Of a stretch of 64,000 nucleotides of DNA, positions 27,461 to 39,938 are shown one piece after another. The notes beneath the pieces were generated by a model. It was not told where the DNA came from and did no database searches. It saw only the letters and a program-made list of their open reading frames with translations. Made by a program: the position numbers and the translations under genes. Numbering within the stretch: the stretch's first letter is position 1; the number at the start of each line of letters is the position of its first letter. This DNA is from Saccostrea cucullata (lineage: Eukaryota): positions 1-64,000 of the forward strand of contig NW_026920785.1 of NCBI RefSeq assembly GCF_032062105.1. Direction: 5' to 3'.

Positions 27461-28162
27461 CATTGCAATATATGAGATATATCAGACCCCCAACCTTTAA
27501 CCACTGCCTTTAATTCTCTGAGGCTGAGTACGTTTCTTGTAAAAATATAAAACTGTTATTAAAGGAATTTTTTAGCCATGTAAAGATACCGAGTCTCTTT
27601 ATTTTTGCGCTTAGCCCTCTAACATTAAGTGAAATACACGATAACTCAAACGACATCAAAATTGAAAAATTCTACATGAACATTACCAACTGCAGTGCTA
27701 CGATTGTGTGACAAACTGATACAACGTGTTAATGAGCCAAAAATAACAAGAAAAGAAACAAAGAAAAGAAAATGAAAATATTTACAAAAGATAACGAAAA
27801 ACATACCTTTGAAGGGTGAGCTAGAAGACCGAAAAAAGCTTTGTCTTCCATTCGTAGTCAAAGTCGGAAGTTTACTTCCATGTCATAAAAGACAGAGTTT
27901 TAATCTAATGGCTTAACATTATCCGGAAAAAAGATTCCGGTTAGTTTCGCGAAAAAAGCGCAATTATTTACATACATTAGAAAGCGCTTAATACAAGATA
28001 TTTACATTGTTTGTGAACAAAAAAGTGTGAATAACACAATGTAGCATTATAATCTATGTACATTAAATCGAAAATAGCTATGGTTAAATATGTTTATGTG
28101 ATCTCCTTTTTTGTTATAACTGTTTATGAATATCTATCAAATTTACAAACACCCTAAAATTT

Positions 28163-29453
28163 CTACCAGGTCCACTTGGATAAGGTCTTGTTTATTTCCT
28201 GTTCAAGAATCCCGTCGCTAAGCCTCAGTATAACCTACAAAAAGTAAGCAGAAAAAGATTTCAATCTTTATGAGATAGATGTTCACATAAAAATCATGAG
28301 GATCAAATTGTGATGAAACATTTACTTGAGACAAATCCAACCATTTGAGTCTGAACACATGACTATTCATTGTATTATTTGTCTGATGTGCAAGAAAATT
28401 TCGATGCTTGCGTAGTCTCTCAACATCGTCAGTTTTTGTTATATCTTCATCTTTCGGATCTTTCCCCCATCCAGACATAGGTGGCTGTACATCAGTGTAG
28501 TTTCTCAAGATTTTGTACATTATAGTTTCATCAAAGCTTTCCGATGAAACATTTTTCGTGCCTGCAATGATTAAATGTCCCTTACATCATTTTCATGTTT
28601 TACGCAAACAAATACAACATATATATGTATAAAATAAGTTGTAAATTCCCTTGACATAGGTGAAAAAGGATAATTTGTCATTTTTTTTCGTTATAAACGT
28701 ATGTCCCGCACGTGAAACAGAGTGCTTAGGTATTAATTTGTAAAATGACGTTCCATATAACCCATGAAAAGGAATATTTCTTTCGACGGGGGTTGTTCTA
28801 AATATATGTCATGTTCTCTATTGATTTCTAATGTGAAAAATATGTTTTACTAATAATATGAAATTATCTCTCTTTGTTTTGTAATAGATGTTAAATAAGT
28901 GTAAGAAATCATTAAAAAATGTTTACTATAAGGATAAACCCTATTTTACATTTTTGAAATATACGTTTCATTAAAATTAATGATATGCATTAAATGTCAT
29001 TCAATGTCTTTATAGAAAATAATTCTAAAATATAAATTTCAGAGAAATTTAAATAGTATTCAAAATCCTTAGAGAAAACTATTCTGAAGTACTTAGTATA
29101 AATTGCAGGGAAGTAGCAGTCTAAAATTGAAAAGTTATATTTACAATAGCATGTATTAAAATTAGATTGAGTTATAAGTATGTTTTTAGCATCCGTTATT
29201 GAAGTCAAAGGTACTGAAATCTCTTAAAAATCCTTAGAAAAAAAATTACCTGGACTGGGAAAAATTATCTGCAATTGTTTGTCGTTGAATCTATATGGAC
29301 CACTTTTCATCGAAGATTGATTTTTTGCTGTAATAGTTCCCAGTTCTGATGGAGGAACAATTTTGTTGAAGAAAATTCTTAAAGCCTGTATCCCTAGCAT
29401 TCTCAAGGAAGAATAGCGACTAAAATTGTCTTTTTCTTCTCCATGTGTTATTT
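28163..29453 (-). CDS. DZIP3-like HEPN domain (last three exons of the ROCO gene)
   Basis: EEKDNFSRY..LRMLGIQALRIFFNKIVPP..L...QLQIIFP | VSSESFDETIMYKILRNY...PPMSGWGKDP......DDVERLRKHRNFLAH...MNSHVFRLKWLDLSQ | VILRL. RNFLAH (28403-28386) fits the HEPN R-x4-H motif. Confidence 0.88.
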
Positions 29454-32400
29454 CTGCGAAGTAGACGAATTGAAATCTCAATAAAACTTTTATCAAGAAG
29501 ATATTATGTTCTTATTTCAAGCAGATCAATTACTCAAATAATATATTCTATTGCATAATGAAAATTTAAAAGTTGATTTTCAAAATAAATAGGGACTATT
29601 CCTTATTCAAACCCTCTGCATTTTAAAATAAAAACGTGCGTCGCCAAATGTGTAGGCTGTTACATGAATTTTATGGATGAGTCAAAAGTGTTCATACGTA
29701 AATGAAAATGTCTACATACAATAACATTTAGGTACCTTTATAGAAAAAAATGTATGTTGCATTGTGAATTTATTTATTAAGTGTTATTTTATGTCGCATT
29801 TGAGAATGTTGCATTCTTATAGAAACGTCACCAAAAACCGGGTGAACCATTACATTGCTCTTACGACCATTGAAAAAAGAGGGATAATTATCGCAACAAT
29901 GTCAACCTTGAAACGGGACCGCTGTCTGAATGTCCCATAAAAAATATATTCACTTGAAGATGCCAAGTGTGTGGCAAAGGAAGTTTCATACACAAAAGAC
30001 AGTCAAAACGCGGAGCAAGCGCTATACTAACTGAGCTTTGGTGACAGTAAAAAAAATTGAAATTATAAAATAAAGTACTTTAGCTAAGCGTAAGAAATTT
30101 TGTAATTATATTATTGTTTTAAAATTAAATATATTATACGATAACATGCTTATGTAATTTCTATTATTCACAGCTTTATTATATTAATTTATATAACCTC
30201 CTAACTTCCTTTTCTCTAGAATGAATTTTTGCCATTCAATTTATTTTTCTGAGTAGCATTTATGATAAATTTTATTAAATGTGCTAATTTATATTTAATT
30301 AATGATTTGAAGGAGACCAGATTATTTTTCTTTTTCCTGAAGTAAAAAAAAAATCCAATATTATTTTTCGTCTGTTAAAATACCAATGGAAAATACAGAA
30401 ATTTGTATGATCCAGTTTGAGGTTTCAATGTATGTAAAAATGGTGTCTTACATTCTGAAACCAGAAAGAGAAAATGAAATTATTCACTATTAAGGGTTTG
30501 TCTTACCTAAACTTAAAGGAGAATTTTGTCTATTATTGCTCCAGTTCTACAAAAAGGAAAGAAAAATAACATTAAAAAGTTAATACATATAGATTGTACT
30601 TAAGCCTATAAGCTAGAAACCTTTAAATTAAACGTTTTCCTTTAAAAGTGTATGTAAGAAATAATTTTGCTAAAGTATTTACAGTCAATGCGGAAGAAAA
30701 GAAGAATTAAAAAAATAATTTAAAAAAAAAAATAAAAAAAAATAAAGAAGGATATGTTAATATAGATATATGGAGAACATTTAAATTGCTTCATCTGTTT
30801 ACACAATTTTCTTCAAGGAAAAAAAATATCACAAACATGAATGTTTATGAAGACTCATGAGCTTTATGTTTAGTTCTGTTCTCATTTTATGACTAAATCC
30901 CCCCCTAAAAAAAATAAATATTCAAAGCAATTGGAAAATACCATTTCTCCGAAAAAAGGCAACTGTGCTTATGTCTTTTTTTTTAAAGCGTAAATATAGT
31001 ATTTTATAGTGTATTGATTATAGATATAAACCGATAATGAAGGGACACATTCCTTACCTCTGTCCAGTAAGACAGAATGTCCTCCTTATTGATGACTGTG
31101 TAATACTTTTGATGGTTTGGACACGGTATTATCTTCTTCGTAGTCCTCATCAGCTTGTCTTCAGAAATAAAACTATCTTCGTCCTCGTCTGTTATTTTAA
31201 CAGATGAACAAGGGCAATGGAAGCCTATTTCGTACTGTGATTTTTTATGAAATGTTGACGTTATTTCATGCATTTGTTTTTCAACCTGATTTCTGATTTT
31301 TGCGATCATTTCCACTTTTAATGGAATTGTAGTGGCTCGGGTATACACCTGTAACTGAATTGATGTTTTATTAACAGCAATAATAACATGGTGATAGATA
31401 TCATCTTCGCCAGCTTTAAAAATAGCAGCATTTTTCATCAAGGAATCATCACCAATGGGTCTCCAAATTCCAAACAGTGTCACAATGAGGCGGTAAAAGA
31501 AGAAGTGTGGTAAAAACGTTTTAAAATGAAATGTTAAAATTGAAGTATGGTTTCCCTTTTCAATGAAATCTCTTCTCATAAAATCAATTTTGTTGATACT
31601 TGGAATATAGTAGTGTGGTTCCCTTTTCTGTTCAGACAATTCCATCCTCGCCAATATACCAAGTTTTTCCATGTATGGTATAATTTTGTCTTTCGATATT
31701 GTATAGTTTTTCCTCCCATCAAGTTTCCATATGTCAAGCAAAAGAGATTCTGGCAGAATGCCACTTCTATTAAAATTTTGCCATCGAGGTTTAAGTGCAT
31801 GTTTGTGGCATTTGTTTGGGACATGCGTTTCGTCTGTTATGATGTGTTTGAAGGAATCAACAAACCATTGAATATCAACAATGATGGTGTTCCTTAAATG
31901 CTCATCGGGGAAAAATAGTATGATTCCTATTTCGTGATAAAACCTTAACATATCATCAAAATCATCATCCGTTACATAGAATGCCTTCATTTCATCCCGA
32001 GATAAAATTTTTAGTTCCCTCTTTTCACGTATAATCTTTTCAAATTGTAGTCAGGTAGCGGGTACCTTCTCACCCCAGGATGGGAGATTTATGACTGATT
32101 CCGCAATACCTTGTCTGACCTCTTCAATGGCTTGTAATTGTTTCTTTGTCTTTCTCTTTGGGGGAAGTTCTAGTTCATAGTACCAGTGCGATTCATCATT
32201 TAATAGATTGTGTAATGTTGTCGGTACTCCTCTCGTAAGTTGTTTGTAAAAATCATCTCCATCTTCAATTGAGTCGCTCTCAGATACATCCTGAAAAATA
32301 ATAAATGAAGGAAAACAAGATGAAGATTTATTACCATTTCACACACAATTTTAGATTGACTTTAGGATACAATAGATCTATAAATATATAAAATTGTAAA

Positions 32401-35400
32401 TATACCAGTAAATGCAGAAAAATTGAAAGAAAGGTTCATAAGGTTTACATAATTTTAAAAAAAATAAACAAATTACTTTGACTTCTTCGACATAAATTCA
32501 TTCAAAGAATTGAACATTTTTTTTTTATTTTACACAAGATTTGAGAAAAAAGGATATGTACAAATGTTCATTTGATATACGTGTCGCCTTGTCGTGCCAG
32601 GAAACATTAATCTATCCTTTGACAAAATGCATTCTTTCCTTTCTTATTTTCATTGGAAGAAGAAAACATAAAAAAAATCTTTTTTATTGAAGGTCGTATT
32701 TTTAATAAAGTGCAAACAAACCGTCTTGCGATCTTTATGTGTGGCTATTACAATCACAGGAGAAGTAACATTCTGTCCAGAATAATCTTCACTATATGTT
32801 CGAATCGTTTGTAACCAAAAGGTGAAATAATCTGGAATGACAGCATAGGCTTTGATATCGACCTCTCTCATATAAAAACATTTTTGATAAATGCATGTAT
32901 ACGTATATAATATTTATAGATGTAGCTTTTTTCTACAAGTAACTGAATGACGCATTTTAATGGTATTTACTCATTTCTGAAGTATCCATTAAGGATAAAA
33001 AATATACTAACCCTGCGAACTCCAATGTTCAAAAAGGGAGCCTTTGACATTCTGTCTGTCAGAGCTTCCAATTTCAGCATATAGATCTTTTGACATGTCT
33101 ACAACCAGCAGATAAATCGCTCTGCGGGAGAAATATACCTGATGACAAGCATAATACGCCACTTGTCCTGCAAAATCCATAACACTGAGACAGTTTGATT
33201 TTTGTGATTTTTTTCTTCTCTGTGTTCTGGAGAATAGCATATTTGAGGTTGTTTGCGTTTTATAATCTGAAAAAAAAAAAACAAAAACAAAATTCAATAT
33301 TTTCATCTCTCATATGACTAACCATTGTTTCATTGTTTCTTTTTTCGTTTTTTCTTAAAATATTTTTATTGAAACTAATTTTATGCAGTCTTAAGGTCAA
33401 GATATAGTAAATGACAGTTTTTAATATTTCTTTCAAACTTTAAAAAAAAATGAGACTTAAAAAAAAATATTTGTATAGATTAAAAATAAAAATAAACAGA
33501 AACTGATTTCCTTCTCTCATTAATTTGTTTGTCAATGATCTATATCTATTTGGAAATTGTATAAAAGTAGAATATAATTGCTTGATTGATTGTATACTGT
33601 TTAATGTCCCTCTCCAGAATATTTCACTGACATGGAGACGTCACCATTGCCGGTGAAGGGCTGCAAATCCAGGCCTTTGCTCGGCACTAACGGCCTTTGA
33701 GCATGTGGGGATCTTTATTGTGCCACACCTGTTGTGACACGGGTCCTCGGTTTATACGGTCTCATCCGAAGGACCGTCCCATTTAGTCGCATTTTACGAC
33801 AAGCAAGGGGGTACTGAGGACCTATTCTTACCAGGATCACCACGGGGCAAGTTTCTCTACGGGGCAAGTAGAATATGCTCTTGCGTAAGTAGATTATGCT
33901 CTTGCGTATTGAATCAACTGAGAGATATGAACCCAACATATATCAAATGATGTTAACGATTAAGATTATATAGATGGATACCCAGGACAATTTTCCAAGC
34001 ATTAGAAAAAAAAACACACCATAAAAGGCTGTTTTCATCATGTATCAAGTTCAATTTGAAGTGTATTTAATTTTTTTTTTTTGAAATCTTAATTCTTATC
34101 TTCTTCGTCAGATTATCATATATGTTACTTTACATGGTCATCCCATACACAATCGATCTGTATGATTTGATTAGTTTTTTCACTGTATTCATAATGATTT
34201 ATAGATATTATGGCAAAATATATGGATAATTCAAAAAAGGGTCTCATCATGAATATGAAAAGCGTATAAACATAGTTCAACTTGATCAAAGATAAAAGTA
34301 ACAAACTAACAAACAGACTCATTGTTTCATGCAATTTACAACTCTTTTACACTGAAAGAGATTCTGGACGAAGAGGTACATGTAACCTAAACTTATTTGT
34401 CAATATCCTTCAATTAAAATTTAGTGAAGTTAATTAGACCATGCTTTTGAATCTGAAAACATCAGACAAGAATTAATCCTAAATCCATTTAGGAATACAG
34501 GAACTAATACGTGTGGAATATGTAAAATTCCTAATAAATACTATATCCGTGAAATTTGTTAATATTGTGGAAATATAAAGACATTTAAATGATGAAATTT
34601 AATGATGAAACACAAAAAAAGATTATTCATAAATTGGATTTTTTACTTTCATTGTTCATATTTGTTGCAAATGTGCTTTCTGTTCGTATTACTCGGTTAT
34701 TTTCTGATGATGACGAAAAGATTTTTTTTTATTTTACCATACAAGGTCTTATTTCTATTCTTTTCCGAAGATATGACAAAAAGATCCTCGTAAACGTCAA
34801 GCCCCGTTGTTGACTCTGGGGGTTCCCTTGACTTATTCTTCCTCTTTCTCTGGAGATTATGAAGAAGTGTTGTTTTTCCTGCTCCCGCGCAACCTACAAT
34901 AAAACATCTGCCTCTAAACACTTGATCAAAACCACGTTTAAAACTTTCCAGAAATCTCTTCCTTGCTCCGAAGTCCCATTTGAGAATTTCCTCCGGAACT
35001 TGATCTGAAATATGTAAATAAGATTAATACCTAACAATTGACATTACTTATATGGTTGAAATAAGAATATAAGAATAATAATTTTTGCAAAATTGAAAGA
35101 GATTGGGTTCGAAAAATGGAATGAAATTGATATTAACCTCTGGAAAGAAAACCGTAAGTACAGCTTCTTAGAGCAGAATTTAGTCATATCATATTTGTGG
35201 GGACAAGCAGTTCATTCTGCTCAAATACATATGGATAATACATTGTACTCATCCTTGATCATTGTTAGTGATCAAATTGTCCTTCATTTTTCAGATTAAC
35301 ACAACCTTATCCAAAACACTACAATTCTATACTTTTCGGACTAACAAACAATCCGATGTGCTCAAATCTATGTAAAATCTCTTGACCAACTTTCCATTTG

Positions 35401-38400
35401 CTAATTTTTTTTCGCGATTTGAGGTTGCAAAGACCATTTACAATAACAGGTACTCGTGAAAATCAAGGAACCGATAATATTGTAGGTATCTATGATGAAT
35501 AGGTATGCGCCATACTAAATAACAAATTGTATGTATCAGTGGGGTGTCACGTGACTTGAATAAACAGATATTCGATAGACTTGCTGTAGGAAATAGGCTA
35601 GTGCACTGACATACATATGTCCTTATGAAAAATTGTACCTAATGATTTAAAAGTGTTAACATCGTCTTCACTAAAAATGCTAAGGGTTAAATATTGCTGT
35701 CTTGGAAGTGCATGTAATCCTGTTAAAATGAGTTCAGTAGAAAAAATTCCTGTATATGCTTAATACTTTCAATTAATAAAAATTATGTAATACAGACCAG
35801 AATCAACTCACAAGATTTCTTATAATATTCATTGTTAACTTCCTTCCTTACTTTATGCAGCAATACACATGTAACTTTGTCTACTGCATAATGGGTTTAT
35901 ATAGATCTCAATTAATTCGATGCTCAAGAACATGCTCTACATACGAACTTTTTTTTTAACTTGGTATGTTAAAGACAAACAAGTTGCTAAAACAAAATAT
36001 CAACAGTCTCGTTTAGAATCATCATTTCGTGTGTTTAATGGTCGATACAGTGAACTTGTCAGCAAATTCGACTAACGTCATATGCTGACTGACGTTTTTC
36101 ATAAGTATAGTATATCAACTGTTACAACGCGAAATGTAATAAAACGCGAAATGTAATAAACCTGAATTATTACATTTTGTGTTATTACATTTTGCGTCGA
36201 GATCAACGCAAAATGTTATAACGCAAAATGTAATAACACGATTTTTGAATTATTACATTTTGCGTTGTTACATTTTGCGTCGAGATTAAGCAAATGGCAG
36301 GAACGCAAAATGTAATAACACACTTTTTTCATCAGCCAGATTGAGTACAATTTTCAATAGTGTAGTGGCCGATGAAAAGACCGATTTATTGATTGTATAT
36401 TGTTTAACGTCCCTGTAGAGAATTTTTCACACATATGAAGACGTCGCCACTTGCCGGCGGAGAGCTGCAAATTTTGTCTTATACTCGGCACTAAGGGCCA
36501 TTAAGCAGGGAGGGATCTTTTTCGTGTCAGCACCTACTGCCACACGGGACCTCGGTTTATACGGTCTCATTTTAATTAAGACCGGTCTCCACGTCCCACA
36601 GTGGGATTCGAACCCGCGACGTAACTCCTTACTTCGCGACTCTAGACCGATGAAAAGAAAATAAAACAATAGGAAAAAAATTCTATCTCTCTCTTTCTTT
36701 CCATCCTATATTAAATTGATTGTTTCTGCATGTCCACAGTAATACGAAGTAAATACCCCACCTTACCCCTGCCCCTCCTTGCTTAACACATACACATACA
36801 CTTCTAATACACTTACACTTCTAATTTGTTGACCAATGTATACACGCCGAACATGCATATCAAAAGCTTTTAATGAACCTATCGTTAATTTTTTAAAAAT
36901 TGAAAATGTTTTGTTAGACATTTAACAAGAATATCAAAAATATGCCAATCAAAGTTCAATTAATTCTGTATAATTAAGTACAGTGTATTCATTATACTAA
37001 AATCAGAGTCAGAAAAACGATGCATTAAGATGTATTGATGTCCGTAGAAGACCTAACTTTAGTGTCATTGTTTTAGTTCTAAATATTTTACAGCGTGTTT
37101 CTAATTTTGGTAACATGTGTATGTTTGAATATATTTTATCACCGTTTTTGTTAAACGCAATAAAAAAAATTATTATATTTTGTTTTAGGGTGAATTCACC
37201 ATGCATCGGATACCCTTGTACTTCAACAAGTTCTAGCGATATCGCTACCGACGGAAAATTATCAAAATGGAGTTTAACATTTAGTTTGTGATTAAAATAA
37301 CAATTTAGGACACAATTATATGCCGTTTATTGAGAAAATATCCCCGAAAATCGAGTTTTTAGAAAAAACTGAAAATTCACCATGGATCGGACATTGTTCA
37401 CCATGCATCGGACAGACGGTATGGAGACTGGAAAAATATCATACCTTTATCACAGTGCTTTAAAATCCTTGATATGGATATATTTTCATCTTTCATCTAA
37501 GAAATAACCCTCAACTTTAATTTAATCGACGATATTATTGCACAAATGTAGAATGATTCTCTAGACCTCACTCTGCCTAAGAAATGCTTTAAAATGCTTA
37601 TAATGCCGTAATTCGCGCCTTTTTCTCATGGTTTATCATACTCTGGTTTGTAGAAATAAATTGAGTAAAATTCCAGACGTCATATATCGATAACTTGTAT
37701 TTTGACTGAAAATATAGAGTTTTTATTTTCTTTTTCCGCAAAAAACAGCTGTCAGCTGGGTTCTGTATGAAAATGGTAGTGCTTACCTTTGCATCGAAAA
37801 GTGTCCGATGCATGGTTAATTTGTGTCCGATGTACGGTGAAAATAGCATACTGGTAAAAACCAGCTCTAATAAGAATTAAACAAACAATGAAGTGAAATT
37901 TAATTATAATTTATGTAAAATTACCAATCCCTGACAAAATTCACCAAAGTCCGACTCGTTCCGTGGAAGTCGAATTTAAAAGAACGATAACTCTAAAAAT
38001 TGCAAAATCATAAATTTCGGGTTATTCCCCTTAGATGATGTAAAAATGTGACGTAACTTCAAGGCCATTTGTGGGGTATTTTTATCACAACATGATAAAC
38101 GCAATCGGTATCATTAAAAAGTTTAAATCTTCGTCTTTATGACAGAAACAAATAAATACACAGAACTCTTAAGTTGAAAGAGAGTTTATTGCCTAAAGTT
38201 GTCCGAAGCAAGGTATGTGTCCGATGCATGGTGAACTCACCCTATTACATATTGTTTTATTACATTTTGCGTTGTCTTCAGTGCAAAAATAAAAGAACGC
38301 AAAATGTAACAACGAAAAATCACGTTATTACATTTTTCTTTGATCTCGACGCAAAATGTAATAACGCAAAATGTAATAATCTAAAAATTGTGTTATTACA

Positions 38401-39903
38401 TTTTGCGTTATTACATTTTGCGTCGAGATCAACGCAAAATGTAATAACGCAAAATGTAATAATCCAGGTTTATTACATTTCGCGTTGTTATTACATTTCG
38501 CGTTGTAACAATCGACCATAAAGTAACACACTGAATTATCAACATATCTACTAATATTTCCCAATCATGACAAGGAACATACGGCAGGTGTGACCGGTGG
38601 GCAGGAGATGCTCACTTCTCAATTTTTTACTATCCCACCTTTGAAGTTTTTGAGGTTCATGTTTGCTCTGCTCCTATTTTGTACATTTAAGGACTTCTGA
38701 GCTTGATATATAATAATAATGTCTTTATACCTTGACAAGCTCCAGAACTATACTGAAAGGAAAAAGAAACGCAGGGTAAACTTTTGAGGTGTATTTATTT
38801 TATTTTTCCTTTATTTTCTTTTTCGGTATTCTTTTCTAACTTTCAAAAAGATATATCCAAAATCCCATTTGATTTTGTTTAATAATTAATGAGTTATTAA
38901 TTAATGAAGCTCATATGCCGATACCCCCAAAAGTGAAAATCGAAAACTCCCAATATCTTTAATTTCTCTCCTGCGCATCTGTCACGAGCCTTATTTCTCC
39001 TTTTCGTGGAATTTATCAAAGTGTTTATCTTTCTATCCCTTGCTATATTGTGCATGGGTGACCACGCCAAAAAAACTAGTCATACTACGCGCGCATGCGC
39101 CAATGAGAGGAACGCAATATTAAGTGGACCGGCTCAAAAAAATCAAATTGCGGAATTTTTCCCTTTAATATCTCGTTTGAAGGTAATAATTATGATAGTG
39201 TATTATATGAAAGGCGGTTTCGGCGGTAGTAAGGTAGCGATGTTACAACGCAAAATGTAATAACAACGCGAAATGTAATAAACCTGTGTTATTACATTTT
39301 GCGTTATTACATTTTGCGTCGAAATCAACGCAGAATGTAACAACGCAAAATGTAACAACACATTTTGGAGAATTATTACATTTCGCGTTATTACATTTTG
39401 CGTCGAGATCAACGCAGAATGTAATAACGCACAATGTAATAACACAATTTTTGGATTATAACATTTTGCGTTGTTACATTTTGCGTCGAGATTAACCAAA
39501 AGACAGGAACGCAAAATGTAATAACACATTTTTTCGTTGGACAGATTTTCAATAGTGTAGTAGCTGATGAAAAGAAAATAAAACAAAAGATTTAATTAGA
39601 TCAATTTCTTACAATTAATATTTTTTTAGTATATTGATTAAATTAGTTACATGTATTCCCAATCAGTTTAATAAATGCATTCATATTAGATATGTGTTGC
39701 AAATTTGAAACGTGCATCTGTGGGTAGGTTGTTTGGGTATTGAGCTGTGTGTTTTTGCCTTTTTATAGACAATTGCAATGAATTAAAAAAAAATATTCAT
39801 TTGTACTAGCAGGCGTTCATGTTTAGCGGGAAGGGGATTATTGACAATAATGATACCATACTGTTCCTTGCAAATCTCCAGCATTACAGACAAGCAAAAT
39901 CAA

Positions 39904-39938
<35 letters not shown>

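Larger units (their letters stand above)
36120..38510. mobile_element. Foldback-like TGT...ACA DNA element, copy 1 (6-bp TSD), carrying a SINE and a nested TIR element
   Basis: Long modular TIRs of ACGCAAAATGTAATA units, termini TGTTACAACG / CGTTGTAACA, TSD ATCAAC/ATCGAC. Confidence 0.85.
35930..38700 (+). mobile_element. 3' remnant of a Penelope-like/RT-derived repeat, split by the 36120-38510 insertion
   Basis: YQQSRLESSFR.FNGRYSELV...MLTDVFH remnant (36000-36105) continues after 38510 into CAGGTGTGACCGG...GATGCTCAC. An uninterrupted inverted copy lies at 42870-43150. Confidence 0.55.

Noticed and set aside
31547-31897. Antisense and alternate-frame ORFs over the COR exon
   Set aside because: Shadow ORFs of the real coding exon.
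32051-32053. Selenocysteine recoding of the in-frame TGA
   Set aside because: The position corresponds to conserved Trp, not Cys, and no SECIS could be recognised in the 3' region.
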